A stretch of DNA of 42,091 nt. Origin: Bigelowiella natans CCMP2755. Lineage: Eukaryota > Protista > Cercozoa. The translations under genes were made by a program, and so were the position numbers. Below the pieces are notes generated by a model. The model was not told the origin of the DNA and did not search any database. It saw only the letters and a list, made by a program, of their open reading frames with translations. This document shows, one piece after another, positions 14,447-24,963 of the stretch; the stretch's first letter is position 1; the number at the start of each line of letters is the position of its first letter. The stretch is from contig ADNK01001473.1 in assembly GCA_000320545.1 (NCBI GenBank), forward strand, positions 1 to 42,091, read 5' to 3'.

Positions 14447-14699
14447 TTTTCTCGACAGACCACGTATCAGTGAAATTTCACTTGGACGGAGAAATACTAT
14501 CGAGGTTATACTAATCATTATACCCGAAAATGTAGAAGCGCTTGGCGGTGGCCTGCTTGTTGGTTTCGTTTGTTGGTGATGCTGCTGATGTTTTGGAAAA
14601 GAAAAACCATGCACTACTTGCTGCAACTGCGGCCGCTGTTGCTGCAACCAGGGTGCTCTTACCCACAGACCATTGAATTTTGTTTAGATTTTCGCTCAT
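10182..14699 (-). CDS. aroE: Shikimate dehydrogenase, stand-alone, ~12 exons, N-terminal hydrophobic extension
   Basis: Spliced motifs occur in the expected order: FYIFG|SPVGKSPSPLMHNTG|FKICGLPHSY, FGGASVTIPLKE (catalytic Lys), AIGALNTL, DNTDWKGI (catalytic Asp), VIGAGGTARAAVYAL (NAD(P)-binding GxGGxxxA), ICNPRT, ICTLPAKAQ, VFEAIYLPPVTPL, GLDMLIAQG|VEQFELWT; stop at 10182-10184. Confidence 0.95.
10499..10570. repeat. 35-bp tandem duplication in the last aroE intron
   Basis: acattgtttatgctattgtgacta(c/t)tacatcaccc x2. Confidence 0.9.
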
Positions 14700-14877
14700 G
14701 ATGCCCGCACAAATTATTAAAGGGGAGGGGGGTTGGTGGAGGTTCTTGGAGTAGGATACTACGACGTGACTTATGTGATTGTTATTGTTGTATGTGTTGT
14801 GGAGTCATTCGCAATCTCGCCATGCATCTTCGAGATAATATCGAGGATTCTTTTAGACCTAACAGAAGACTAAGAAT

Positions 14878-14945
14878 GGGAAGTCAAGGACGCGAACAGA
14901 ATAACTAACTAGCAAATACGCGAACATAATAACTAACTAGATCTA
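14878..14945 (+). repeat. Dispersed 35-bp element (GGGAAGTCAAGGRCGCGAACAGAATAACTAACTAG) with a local partial duplicate
   Basis: 34/35 identical to the reverse complement of 20699-20733; cgcgaaca..aataactaactag is repeated immediately downstream. Confidence 0.85.
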
Positions 14946-14968
14946 GCGATAGTTGTAGTTATTTATTA

Positions 14969-15165
14969 TGTTGTCTCATCATCATCATCAGTATCATCAT
15001 CATCATTATCATCATTGTACTATTCTAGCATTACTTACTACATAATTGTTGTTTGTGTTGTCTCATCATCATCATCATTATCATCATCATCATGATCATT
15101 GCACTATTCTAGAATTACTTACTACATAATTGTTGTTTGTATTGTCTCATCATCATCATCATCGT
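14969..15165. repeat. ~85-87-bp tandem repeat, ~2.3 copies
   Basis: Unit tgttgtctc(atc)n...attgYactattctagMattacttactacataattgttgtttg starts at 14969, 15056 and 15140. Confidence 0.85.
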
Positions 15166-15341
15166 CGTCGTCGTCTACCAGTAACGCTCGTAGGAATAGT
15201 AACTGATCGGTAATAATTTAAGAGTAGAGAAGAGGGGAGGAGAAGGGGAACGCCGAATTCTCCTTGCTGCGTGTCCGCATCCTCGCCCACTAGAAGGCAA
15301 ACTCTTACTTGATTGTTAGATATCGGGTAGTACTACACCTA

Positions 15342-18213
15342 ATGGGCTGTGGTGCATCATCATCATCGTCAACATCGAGTGGTGGTCGCAAAGAGCCCCT
15401 CACTAAGTCGGAATCATCGGCCAATCCCTGTATTGCTAAAAACAATGATACAACAGAGGGAAGACAGATGCGAAAGCAACATTCCCAGAAAAAAAAGAAG
15501 AGAAAGAATTCTGTGGTTCTAGCGCAGGCAATTATGGATTCGACGAGAAATACAGACATGCAGCCTGAAGAAGACGAGAATCTGGGAAAATGTAGTGCTA
15601 GAAACTCCGGCATCGACAGCAAAGCTATCAGCCAAATTTCCAAAAAGAAATCAACACGGAGTAAGAAAAATAAAATCAAAGTGCTAGAATTGAGTAAAAC
15701 AGGTGAGTCAATACCAATACGACTATTATAAGCAGAATGACTTCGCTCCTGAAACGATGATGAGAGTATGGATTGTAGTAGTAGCTCAAACATTTTTTTC
15801 CTCGAAGATAAATTCTTCTATTATCATGAAAGGCGCTACGGTAAGATGGGAATTCAAGAAGCACTTTGCCAGTAAAAAAGATCGCATTGTCGCAGCTCTC
15901 ATGAACAGCCCTGCTAATGTGTACGCAAGTTACGTAAACAACGAGACAGCAGACACTACTGGTGAATGCCATGTTCCGCTATCAGTATCAGGTGGTTTAT
16001 AGTAATGCGCATGGAAAAAACACACACACACATACACACACATGCTGTTTTTACTTCTAATGGTAGCTAGGTAGGTGGTGATCCTGTGGTAATGTTGATT
16101 ATATGATGGTGGAGGATACTTTGTGGGGTTGACTGTGAGATGTTGGTGCTCTATGTGAATATCGAGGATTAATCATCTATCAGCTACATTCTGTTCTGGT
16201 GATTTATACAGATGTCAAGCTATGTATAAATTTTCAATGTGAGTGCATGTGTGAGTGTGTGCAAGTGCGTTTAAGTTGTTTTAAATTAGGGAGCTACGTC
16301 ATTCGTTACCTAGATGGGTCGGATAAAATGATCGCAGAGAGCCCACCATTTGAGGTGGTGTACAATCGCAAAAAGAAGAAGAAGGATACTATCAAATGCA
16401 TTGGTTTGGATGAGAAAGGTACAAATACGTTGTACTTTGTACCTTAATGTAGTGTCCTAATCGTAGCATATTGTTTCTGCTTCCAGAAGAGCATGCGAGC
16501 ATGTGCGCACTCTTACAGTATTCTTCTTCTCTTTCTTGTTCATTATTACACCATTTTTTACTATTTACCATATTTTTCCTCAGGTGTAAATTTTAAGTGG
16601 AAGCTAGCGCTTCACCAACCAAAGAGCACAGACGTAATCTGCATCAAGAAGAAAGGAATGAACGATGCTGACTCTAATAGAGAGGGCCAGCAGCAGCTGA
16701 TAAATACGGCCGCTGAAACGAGCGGAGAAGCTCATATATCGATTAAAGAATCAGGTGATGCTGCTGCTGCTGCTGCCTGATCATGCAATTTGCAAGAGAA
16801 ATGAAGATGGGATGATAACATATTAAGAAGGGTAATATCTAACCTCATATTTGTGGTGGTTTATCTATTTTACAGGGACATACACAATATTGTACAAACA
16901 CGGAGAGAGTATTATAGCTGAAAGTGCCCCATTCCAAATTCAATTTGTTTTATCTGACAAACCTGATGAAAAAGCAAAATTGAAGGCAAGACGGAAGCCA
17001 AAATTGAGAGATAATTTCATAGAGGTCCTCCGCGTCGATGAAGCAGGTGATATCTGAAGACACAGAATACTTATTCGTATTCATCCTTCATCATTCTTTA
17101 TGCATAGATTTAAATAATATTTCGTTTAAAACTTTTGATGAAACCATTGAATAGTGCCAAGTTGTCTACATTTCCCACTAGTATACTTGTAAGTTGTTGC
17201 TTTCGATGTGCCTTAGTTCATCATGATTATCACCTATTATCGATCCGTTGGATCATAAAGGGTAATAAAAGTTAAAATTACCATAATTCTTCTTTCTTTT
17301 CTTGGTACTTTTTGATGTGGTCTAAACCAGGCATTGTGGTTGAATGGGATGTGTCGAATGCTGCTGCTGCTGGGGTTAAGATTGGCAGTCAAGATGTTAT
17401 TGCTCTATGTAAATTGAAGTCCGGTGAACGTTTCTCTACGAAGACAAACGATCAAGAGGAGAGAAAGGGCAAATTAACTCTGAAACACTGCCAAGATGGT
17501 ATCTTCTATATACTTTGTCTGCCTGTGTTAGTGGTGTCAATAATCCTACACTTACTGCTTATTTCATGAATGTAACTCTGTGAGGGAACCAGAAGGAGTA
17601 ATGATGTACACTGCATCAACAGCTACAGATGACTAGTATATACTTCCTCACAATCATTGAAAGTGTATTTTCTGAAACAATGCGAAACAATGGAAATAAT
17701 TACATGAAAGGGGTGTATGCGGCGCGGTACTACGCTGGCGGGAAGATCATCGCAGAGAGCGCCGAGATCGAGCTTCATGGCATCACAGAAGGAGCCTCAA
17801 AGGTAAAAGTTCTTGTCGCGGATCCCGATCAACTTGCGGAAGCGATGCGGGAAGAGAAAGAGCTGAGGGAAAAGGAGGAACGACGAAAATCTAAAAAATT
17901 GCGAAAAGCTCAAAATCTGAAGCAAAGACAGGACGCGATTATTAAAGGACTTGATTCCGAGGCACGGAGTGGTGTGGAAGAAATTAAAAGATTATTCGAC
18001 GAATTTGCTTCTAGGGACACTGGAAGAATCAAAGCATCTGACCTTTCGAAAGTTTTAGAGATGATACTTGGCAAAATTAACCCAGACGAATTAGAAAACC
18101 TGAAAAAAATAGCTAACGTCAAGCATGACGACGACGAAGTGCAATTCGAGACATTTGTAGAGATGATGGCACAGAGAATGCAGAAAGAAATGGAGGGGGC
18201 AGGTTTATTTTAA
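15342..18213 (+). CDS. Dually acylated protein with 3 SKICH/Ig-like repeats, a coiled coil and a C-terminal calmodulin/centrin-like EF-hand pair (7 exons)
   Basis: N-terminus MGCGASSS (G2 myristoyl/C3 palmitoyl consensus). Three repeats G-x-x-x-x-W...D-x-I...G-x-Y-x-x-x-Y...IAES-x-x-(F/I). Tail EIKRLFDEFASRDTGRIKASDL...DDEVQFETFVEMM. Introns 15703-15832, 15992-16289, 16419-16583, 16755-16875, 17047-17330 and 17499-17710 all restore the frame. Confidence 0.85.
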
Positions 18214-18399
18214 GCAACATTGTTGTCGCGATGACGATTTTGAGGTAGACATTATTATTCACTGTCATCTCACTATTTTTAATGCTTTTACCTCTTCAAT
18301 TACACCACCGATGAGCATTGTTTCTAATCTAACTTTAACGTGAGTGTAGCATAGTGATCATAGCATTATGTTTTGCATTGCTGCACTGACGCGGTATTG

Positions 18400-19650
18400 C
18401 CAAACTTCTTCGGTTCATCCTCCAAAATGGATGATTCATGGAGAGGAAGTCAGAGCAATGGACATGCGTTTCTGATTAGAGCCCACTCTGATGAGAGTAG
18501 ATTTATCTCATTTTCTGCTGCAGCAGCATGTGACAGCATGACTGCGCTGCAAAGGCGGCTCGGCTGAAAAAGAGAAAGAGCGCGGCGGCCGCATGACACA
18601 CTAGCGCAATGCATGTGCATGGGGCTTTTGCCATGACATCATGACATTCAACAATGAACACACCTTGAAAGAGACTACCTCAAGAGGAAGGAAAGAAACC
18701 GCAACTGGCGATCTTCCGCACTGGGTTCTGCAACATCACGGAAATTTCTTGCTGCGACTACATGCGCTAGCATGTCATGTGCATGTTGCGCAGGGCTCTC
18801 TAGCTAGCTAGAGTTCCCGCCCTTTAGAGCTTGCACCAGCAGTGCACGTGCAACCGGACCAGGCTGCTGCATTCCAGCATTGTCTAAAAATTAGACATCG
18901 TCGATTGTGCAACATGACTAGATGAATGACGACTGTATGATGACTGTGCAATGAGTGAGTCGATCAACAGAGAGAGCCCTAATATATATAATTATATATA
19001 TGTAGGCTCTCACGTACAACCGGTATACAAACATAAGTAGTTAAGTACACATGTTCTATTTTACGTGCACATGGACATATGTAGTTAACCACATATGTCT
19101 TAGAGAACTTTGTTCGAGAGAGCCCTAATATATATAATTATATATATGTAGGCTCTCACAACACAAACCACAGCGCATGACACATCTACGCTGTAGACAC
19201 GTATGCATGTACTAGTGTAGCATGTGTGCACGATAGTCCGCCACACATGCAGCATTTCTAGATTTGTGCGCATCCACGCACGTACACATCTAGACATCAC
19301 AGCACTCTACCTATACAGACAGTCGTATAGCTAGCACTAGCTAGTGTCTAGCAATGGCGCCTGTGCATGATCGAAGGCGCTTGTTGATCTAGTAACGTAA
19401 CATGCAGTGATGCATGGCTAGCAGATCGCCACATCTAGACATGCATGGCGGACAATGCATTCTTTGTTGTCACACACGCGTGCATGTTGTCGTGACATGC
19501 AAGTGCAACTTAACTAGTCAAGGCAATGCGTAGATGAGACTGCGTATGTACATGGCACACATCCAAGCTAGATGCAAACATCTAGCGAGTTATCATCATT
19601 AAATCATGCAACATCTAAATGTGACGATCATAAATATCGATAAGTCTACT
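18400..19650. mobile_element. Degenerate repeat island 2, containing MITE-like termini (AGGGCTCTCT / AGAGAGCCCT)
   Basis: TpA-poor, CATG/CTAG-rich. 10-bp inverted repeat at 18792-18801 vs 18971-18980. Identical 44-bp palindromic units at 18970 and 19116. Confidence 0.6.
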
Positions 19651-19911
19651 ACAAATTGGACAATCATAAAATTTCTGCAACGTTCATTTTCACACGACGA
19701 CCCACAGTAACAACTCATGCATACACAATTGATTGGTTATTATTGAAGCTGTTTGTAGACTCCAATTGCATGGAATATTTACGCCGCCATGAGGAACTCG
19801 AGCTGCCAAGAATGATATCACGATACTTCCCTTTAGCTTGGGATTTGAGCAGCACACAAAAGTTCATTATATTTTATATTAAATCTAACCGATTGGTCTA
19901 TTTTGTTTCCG

Positions 19912-20294
19912 CTAACAGCCTCTCATAAGAAATCCAGCAGCAACAAAGACTCCAAACATGCCACCAGTCTGGGTACAGATCCCAGCGACATACCTCACCT
20001 ATTACCAAAAAAATGAGATAAGACAAATCTGACTCTGGAGTGGGAATATCCCATGGTCAACAAAATACCCTCCTTCCAGCAATCTTAGGGTTTAGCAGCG
20101 CTTGTGCGCCGCCAAACAGGACGCCAACTGTAACTCCTATTGATGCTGTAAGCACAAATACTAATATCAGGAACACATAAGAAGAGCTCTAGAATCGTAC
20201 CCCCAAGTCCAAAACCCATTCCTGCAGTCTTCATGCAGTTGGTCATGTTGGAATGCCCCCGCTTCCCTTGCTGAGTGTAAGGGTTGACAGGCAT
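19912..20294 (-). CDS. ROMO1: Reactive oxygen species modulator 1 / Mgr2 (TIM23 accessory subunit), 3 exons
   Basis: Spliced product MPVNPYTQQGKRGHSNMTNCMKTAGMGFGLG|ASIGVTVGVLFGGAQALLNPKIAGRR|VRYVAGICTQTGGMFGVFVAAGFLMRGC*. It matches the Romo1/Mgr2 pattern (C..K..MGF.MG..VG...G.LFG ... GG.FG.FM..G..IRC). Confidence 0.92.
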
Positions 20295-20698
20295 GCTGGC
20301 AATGCTTTTCTGATTTTTCTTGTGTCAAATCTATCGTATTTGAAGATATCCCTTATTTCAATCGCACGGATCCTCAACCCTTTCTCCTGTTTAACCCTCT
20401 CCCTCCTTGAGTTGGTGCAGCTCTCTCCTTCCGGATCTTGGTTGTTGGTTGGTGGCTACAATTTATTATTATTACCACATTCTCACCAAACTTATAGACA
20501 AAAATAAAATAGAGTGCAAGTCGTACACTAAAATCAACGTGCATTTTAATGTAAATTTTGTGAATTGTCATACCGTAATAGTAGGAAGGAGAAGGTAGAA
20601 GTCATATTGTAGTAAAATGTAGGTATTATTTTCTACGAGTAGTGATAAGAATTACGATCTTTGATGATCACAGGTCGATCTTTGTTAGTTAGTTAGAT

Positions 20699-20733
20699 CT
20701 AGTTAGTTATTCTGTTCGCGCCCTTGACTTCCC
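20699..20733 (-). repeat. Second copy of the 35-bp element, in the ROMO1/NTF2 divergent region
   Basis: Reverse complement of 14878-14912 with 1 mismatch. Confidence 0.85.
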
Positions 20734-21140
20734 AGCTATGTTGTTACACCGAAGTGATTTTCGATGATGACGATGATGATGATGACCATGTTTCTGGGTT
20801 GTTTCCTCATCAATTAACATACATACACAGCACACACACACAACACACACAACACCCATAGATCTTGATCTAATTGAAGCAGCAGCTGCAAGCAAAACAA
20901 CAATGACAACAACAATGTGTACGTTGGAAGCAAGAAGGCGGGAACCGATATTCCGCTTTTTTAAGATAGTTGTCGTAGGTGTTCGAATTGAGTTCGTTCA
21001 TGCGATTAATTAGTGAAAACAGGCATTTTCTTCAACATCTAGAAAATTCCTCCAAAAGCTATAGTTGCGAGACCTGAAGGGGGAGGGCTGTGACTAAACA
21101 AAGAAAGGAACAAAGAAAAAAAGTCAACAGACATCGAATA

Positions 21141-21962
21141 ATGTCTGGAGGTGGTAAGGACCTTGGCTCCCAATTTGGGAAGTATTTTTTCGGTCTTTTG
21201 GATCAGAAAAACTACAAGACTATCGGAGGACTGTTTGCGAAATCCTCCATGATTTCCTTCGAGGGTAACAACCTCGGTGGCCCTGACAAGTTTATCCAAT
21301 GTCTCGGCGCTTGGAACAAAGTCTACCCTAAAACTCAGCATAGTCAGATTACCGTGGATACTCTACCCTCCCCAGATGGCGCTCAGCTTCTACTAGTTAC
21401 GGGGAGAAGATTAGATGCAAAGCATCAAAATCAGCAGTCTGGAGTCCTTTTCACGTCCAGTGTACTTCTACGGAACACCAATAATAAGTATTGGATTCAA
21501 AATCTCATATACCGGGGGGAAGCAAATGGTATCAATGTACCAACTCCTCAGGTCAAGGTAGCAGGGCAATTTTTGGCAAAATTTTACGAAATTTATGATA
21601 AAAATCACCAGCAGCTTGCTGGCATTTACACGGATGACTCCCTAATGAGGTACAACGGAGATCCACTGAAAGGAAAATCGAACATTATGTGCAAACTCAC
21701 GAAGGGGTATACAGAGAAATTAGAAAATCAAGGAAAAAAGATGGACTATAAAAGCGTTACTTGGACCAAAGTACAGCATAAACTAGAGGCGCAAGATTTT
21801 CATCCAAGCGGAAGTAAGCAATCTTCATACATATTGTGTCAAGTTACTGGCTGGTTGATTCCCGACAAGGATCAAGCCATAAAATTTGGAGAAGTGTTCC
21901 TATTGATGAATGGAAAAGGGGGGTGGAAAGTGCGTGCCCAAGGCTTCCGTCCAATATATTGA
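21141..21962 (+). CDS. Intronless protein with two tandem NTF2-like domains
   Basis: Two repeats of the NTF2 N-terminal signature: LGSQFGKYFFGLLD...IGGLFAKSSMISFEGNNLGG and VAGQFLAKFYEIYD...LAGIYTDDSLMRYNGDPLKGKSNI. Each is followed by D..PS...L..VTG and F...(F/V)LL.....W.(I/V) strands. Confidence 0.9.
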   Translation: MSGGGKDLGSQFGKYFFGLLDQKNYKTIGGLFAKSSMISFEGNNLGGPDKFIQCLGAWNKVYPKTQHSQITVDTLPSPDGAQLLLVTGRRLDAKHQNQQSGVLFTSSVLLRNTNNKYWIQNLIYRGEANGINVPTPQVKVAGQFLAKFYEIYDKNHQQLAGIYTDDSLMRYNGDPLKGKSNIMCKLTKGYTEKLENQGKKMDYKSVTWTKVQHKLEAQDFHPSGSKQSSYILCQVTGWLIPDKDQAIKFGEVFLLMNGKGGWKVRAQGFRPIY

Positions 21963-22131
21963 TCAAAGTTTGGTATTCGAACTTAGAGCTCTATATCTCT
22001 AGGACGATCGATGTGTCGCTCAAAGACTTTGACCATTGCCTAGATTTGATGGAAAATAAGGAAATGCTTTGTAAGTTCTTCCTTATTAAGTGTTTTTCTC
22101 GAACATGTATTGAATCACTGTGTATCCCCCA

Positions 22132-22169
<38 letters not shown>

Positions 22170-22170
<1 letters not shown>

Positions 22171-22620
22171 AGGCGGATGTGATGTATGAATTAGATTCGT
22201 TCAATGGTCATCCTGATGTGGCTGTACGTACAAAGCCAGAAAGCTGCGGCTACAGCGCTTAAATTGTGTTTGTCGGTTACTGCAATTGCGTGTGTCATCT
22301 TGAAAAATGCGTTGGCAATTCTGCGCGCGCGAGCGATCTACGCTTGCTAGCTTGTCTAGTTGTCGTTGAGATTTACTAGTTTAGTCAGTTTTTGTGTGTC
22401 ATCGTTTCTGTCCACAGCACTAGCTAGCCATGTAGCCTAGTAGCATCTAGCTAGCATGGCTAGATCTAGATCGAGATGGGCTAGCTACGCTAGATAGCTA
22501 GACAGAGCACGATGGACATGTCCATTGCACACAGCGCTAGAGCGCAGCTAAGCCATTCGGTGAATCTTTGAAAGAGCACCGTACCAAGCACAAATTCTAC
22601 TGCATGCAAGAGCCGTTCGG
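22170..22620. mobile_element. Degenerate repeat island 3 (extremely CTAG-dense)
   Basis: Homologous to island 1 at 22174-22310, followed by dense ctag/gctagc arrays at 22340-22550. Confidence 0.65.
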
Positions 22621-22680
22621 TTCAATTTCTATTCTTCAAATAAATCAACCTAATATATGTACAATTGCATCAAATGTTCA

Positions 22681-23233
22681 TCAGTTACATGATTTCAATC
22701 TCTGCAGAAAATGGTCCTTCCCCGCCGCCTGGCCTTGGTTAGCAGCCTCTGCTAACATGTTCGAAAATGCATCTCGTCGGTGCCCTTTTATTATTCTCTT
22801 TTTTGAAGTGGGATGTTTGCTTTGTTTGTTTTGTGTAGTCTGAGGGGGTGATCGAGATAGAAACAGGGGATTGCTATTTGTTGCCTCAACCTTGTCAACA
22901 CGACTGGTAGCTTCCGCTTCTGAGATTTTGAATGCTGCCTTGATTTGAAAGCTAGTAGCTGCTCCACAATTTTGCGGTGATGGGGGTGTGGTACTTGATG
23001 GTTCATCTCGTGACTTGCGCGTTATCCCTGTTGCTACCGCCCTCGTTACTGTTGTTCTTGGCGCTGCTGCAGCTGCTCTTTTTCCTTTCATAAGTTCTTT
23101 GGAATAATTATAGTATTTCCCTTCCAAAGCTTTCATCCTGCTATTTCTTGTTGTAGCAGTAGAAGCAGCATGTTCATTCGCCGCTGCTGCTGTTGCTGGG
23201 GGTGCTGATGCTTGGACCGGTGTGGTAGGAGTC

Positions 23234-23270
<37 letters not shown>

Positions 23271-24930
23271 TTGGAGAGTAGGCTGCTGGGAAAGGTGTGG
23301 TAGAAGTAGAGAAAATTGTTCTCAGAAGAGGCTCATAGGAGCTTGCATATCTATTGACAGTATTTACCAGTCCTTCTATCTGTAAATCTAAAGCGTAATT
23401 TATTTGATATACGATATAGTTTTTAATGATATCTGCGAACATCCAGGCGACCGAGTTGGCAACCCAAGATGTCCAAGATCCGCCCGTTGTAATATCCATC
23501 TCTAATGTTTCAATATCGAGTTTCTTATGTAATAGATCAAAAAGAGGCGGGGAAGAAGGTTGTGGCGATGTTAATAGTGCTGCTAATAATGGAGATTTAC
23601 TACTACCAAATTTTACCCATTTTTTCACTGCTGCAGCAGCACTAGCAGCAGTAGAAGTTATCATCGATGATGATGATGATGATGATGATGATTCATCACC
23701 TGCTGTTTTTTCTGCTTTGGCTGCTGGTGGTGATAATGAACCAGGACGAGCTCCATGATCTGCAGTACCTCTTATTGTTGATGGATCATCATCAATAGGG
23801 TTGGTGCTACTGCTGCTGCTGGTGGTGGTGGTGCGTCTTTGTCGTCGTTTTAGATCATCAGGGAGGTTAGATCGTGGTTGCCGCTCTCGTTGTCCTTGTA
23901 GATGATTTCCCTGTTGTAGTACTATTGCGTCCTCTACTTCCTTCTCTTCTTGTTGTAATATCTTTGGATTTTGCGACATAGATAATTCCCCAATACCAGC
24001 AATACAGTCACTTTTATTACCTTTTTTATTATTTTTATTTGTAGTAGTAGTAGTAGCAGCATTAGCAGTAGTAGGACTACCATCCGTGGTAAGTCTCAAA
24101 CTCACTGTGAAAGATAATCCCTTGATCTTAGCATCTGCGGTACCTTCTGCTGTAACATATGGAAATCTGCATTGACGAAACTCCCATCCCAAGTTGCGAA
24201 CATCACATTCGACTCCTCTGATGCGGACAGACAATGTTTTTCCCTCAAAAGAAGATGTAACTTTTTCTTTTGGTATCTTAAGCTTTCTGAGAGAGAGCCT
24301 AGTAATCTTATATTGCCATTCTCCATTCTGACTTAATCCTTCAATAGTGCGAAATTTTACTTTTGGAAGATAAGAACGGACAAAATTAGTCGCTGCTGAT
24401 CGAATCATTGCCATGAACATCTCATGGTTTCCTGCAGATGAATTCTCTGACAATAAATGATGGAGTCCACCATTGCCAATCCTTTTTTTGCCTCTACTAA
24501 TAGTATTAGTAGTAATCCAAGATTGAACCCAAGATTGGTATTGTATCGGGTTATTTAGAATGCCCACAGCACGCTTAAGTAGTAGTTTACTACTACTACT
24601 ACTACCACTACTACTACTACTTAATGATGATGATGAAGAACCAGAACTATTGCTCCACTCTGTACATCTCTCCTTGATTCGTGATATTAGCTTATTCCTG
24701 AGTTTTTCCATTATTGCTTCTGACAGTAAGCTTCTCCCCTCCTCCTCCTCCTCCTCCTCCTCCTCCCTTGGTTCATCATCATCGTCGTCACCAGTACTAC
24801 CACCACTACCACTACCGCCAACTTGACTACTCCCTTGTTCTTTTTCTTCTCCATCTTCTTTCATTTTGTCTTTTTGTCCTCTTTCAGTACCCCCACTCCT
24901 CCTCCTCCTCCTCCTCCTCCTCCTTCTACC

Positions 24931-24963
<33 letters not shown>

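Larger units (their letters stand above)
14700..15341. promoter_or_regulatory. Divergent (bidirectional) intergenic region between aroE and the acylated EF-hand gene
   Basis: Head-to-head ATGs at 14699 (-) and 15342 (+). Contains a 35-bp element shared with 20699-20733 and an ~85-bp tandem repeat. Confidence 0.6.

Noticed and set aside
14969-15165. CRISPR-like repeat-spacer appearance of tandem repeats
   Set aside because: Units repeat in full with no unique spacers; eukaryotic context and no cas genes.
18300-18520. C/D snoRNA, U3-like or hammerhead-like motifs (GATGA...CTGA, CTGATGAG)
   Set aside because: Boxes are imperfect, and there is no terminal stem, recognisable guide or GAAA core.
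20085-20096. TTAGGGTTTAG telomere-like motif
   Set aside because: Single occurrence inside a ROMO1 exon; no array.
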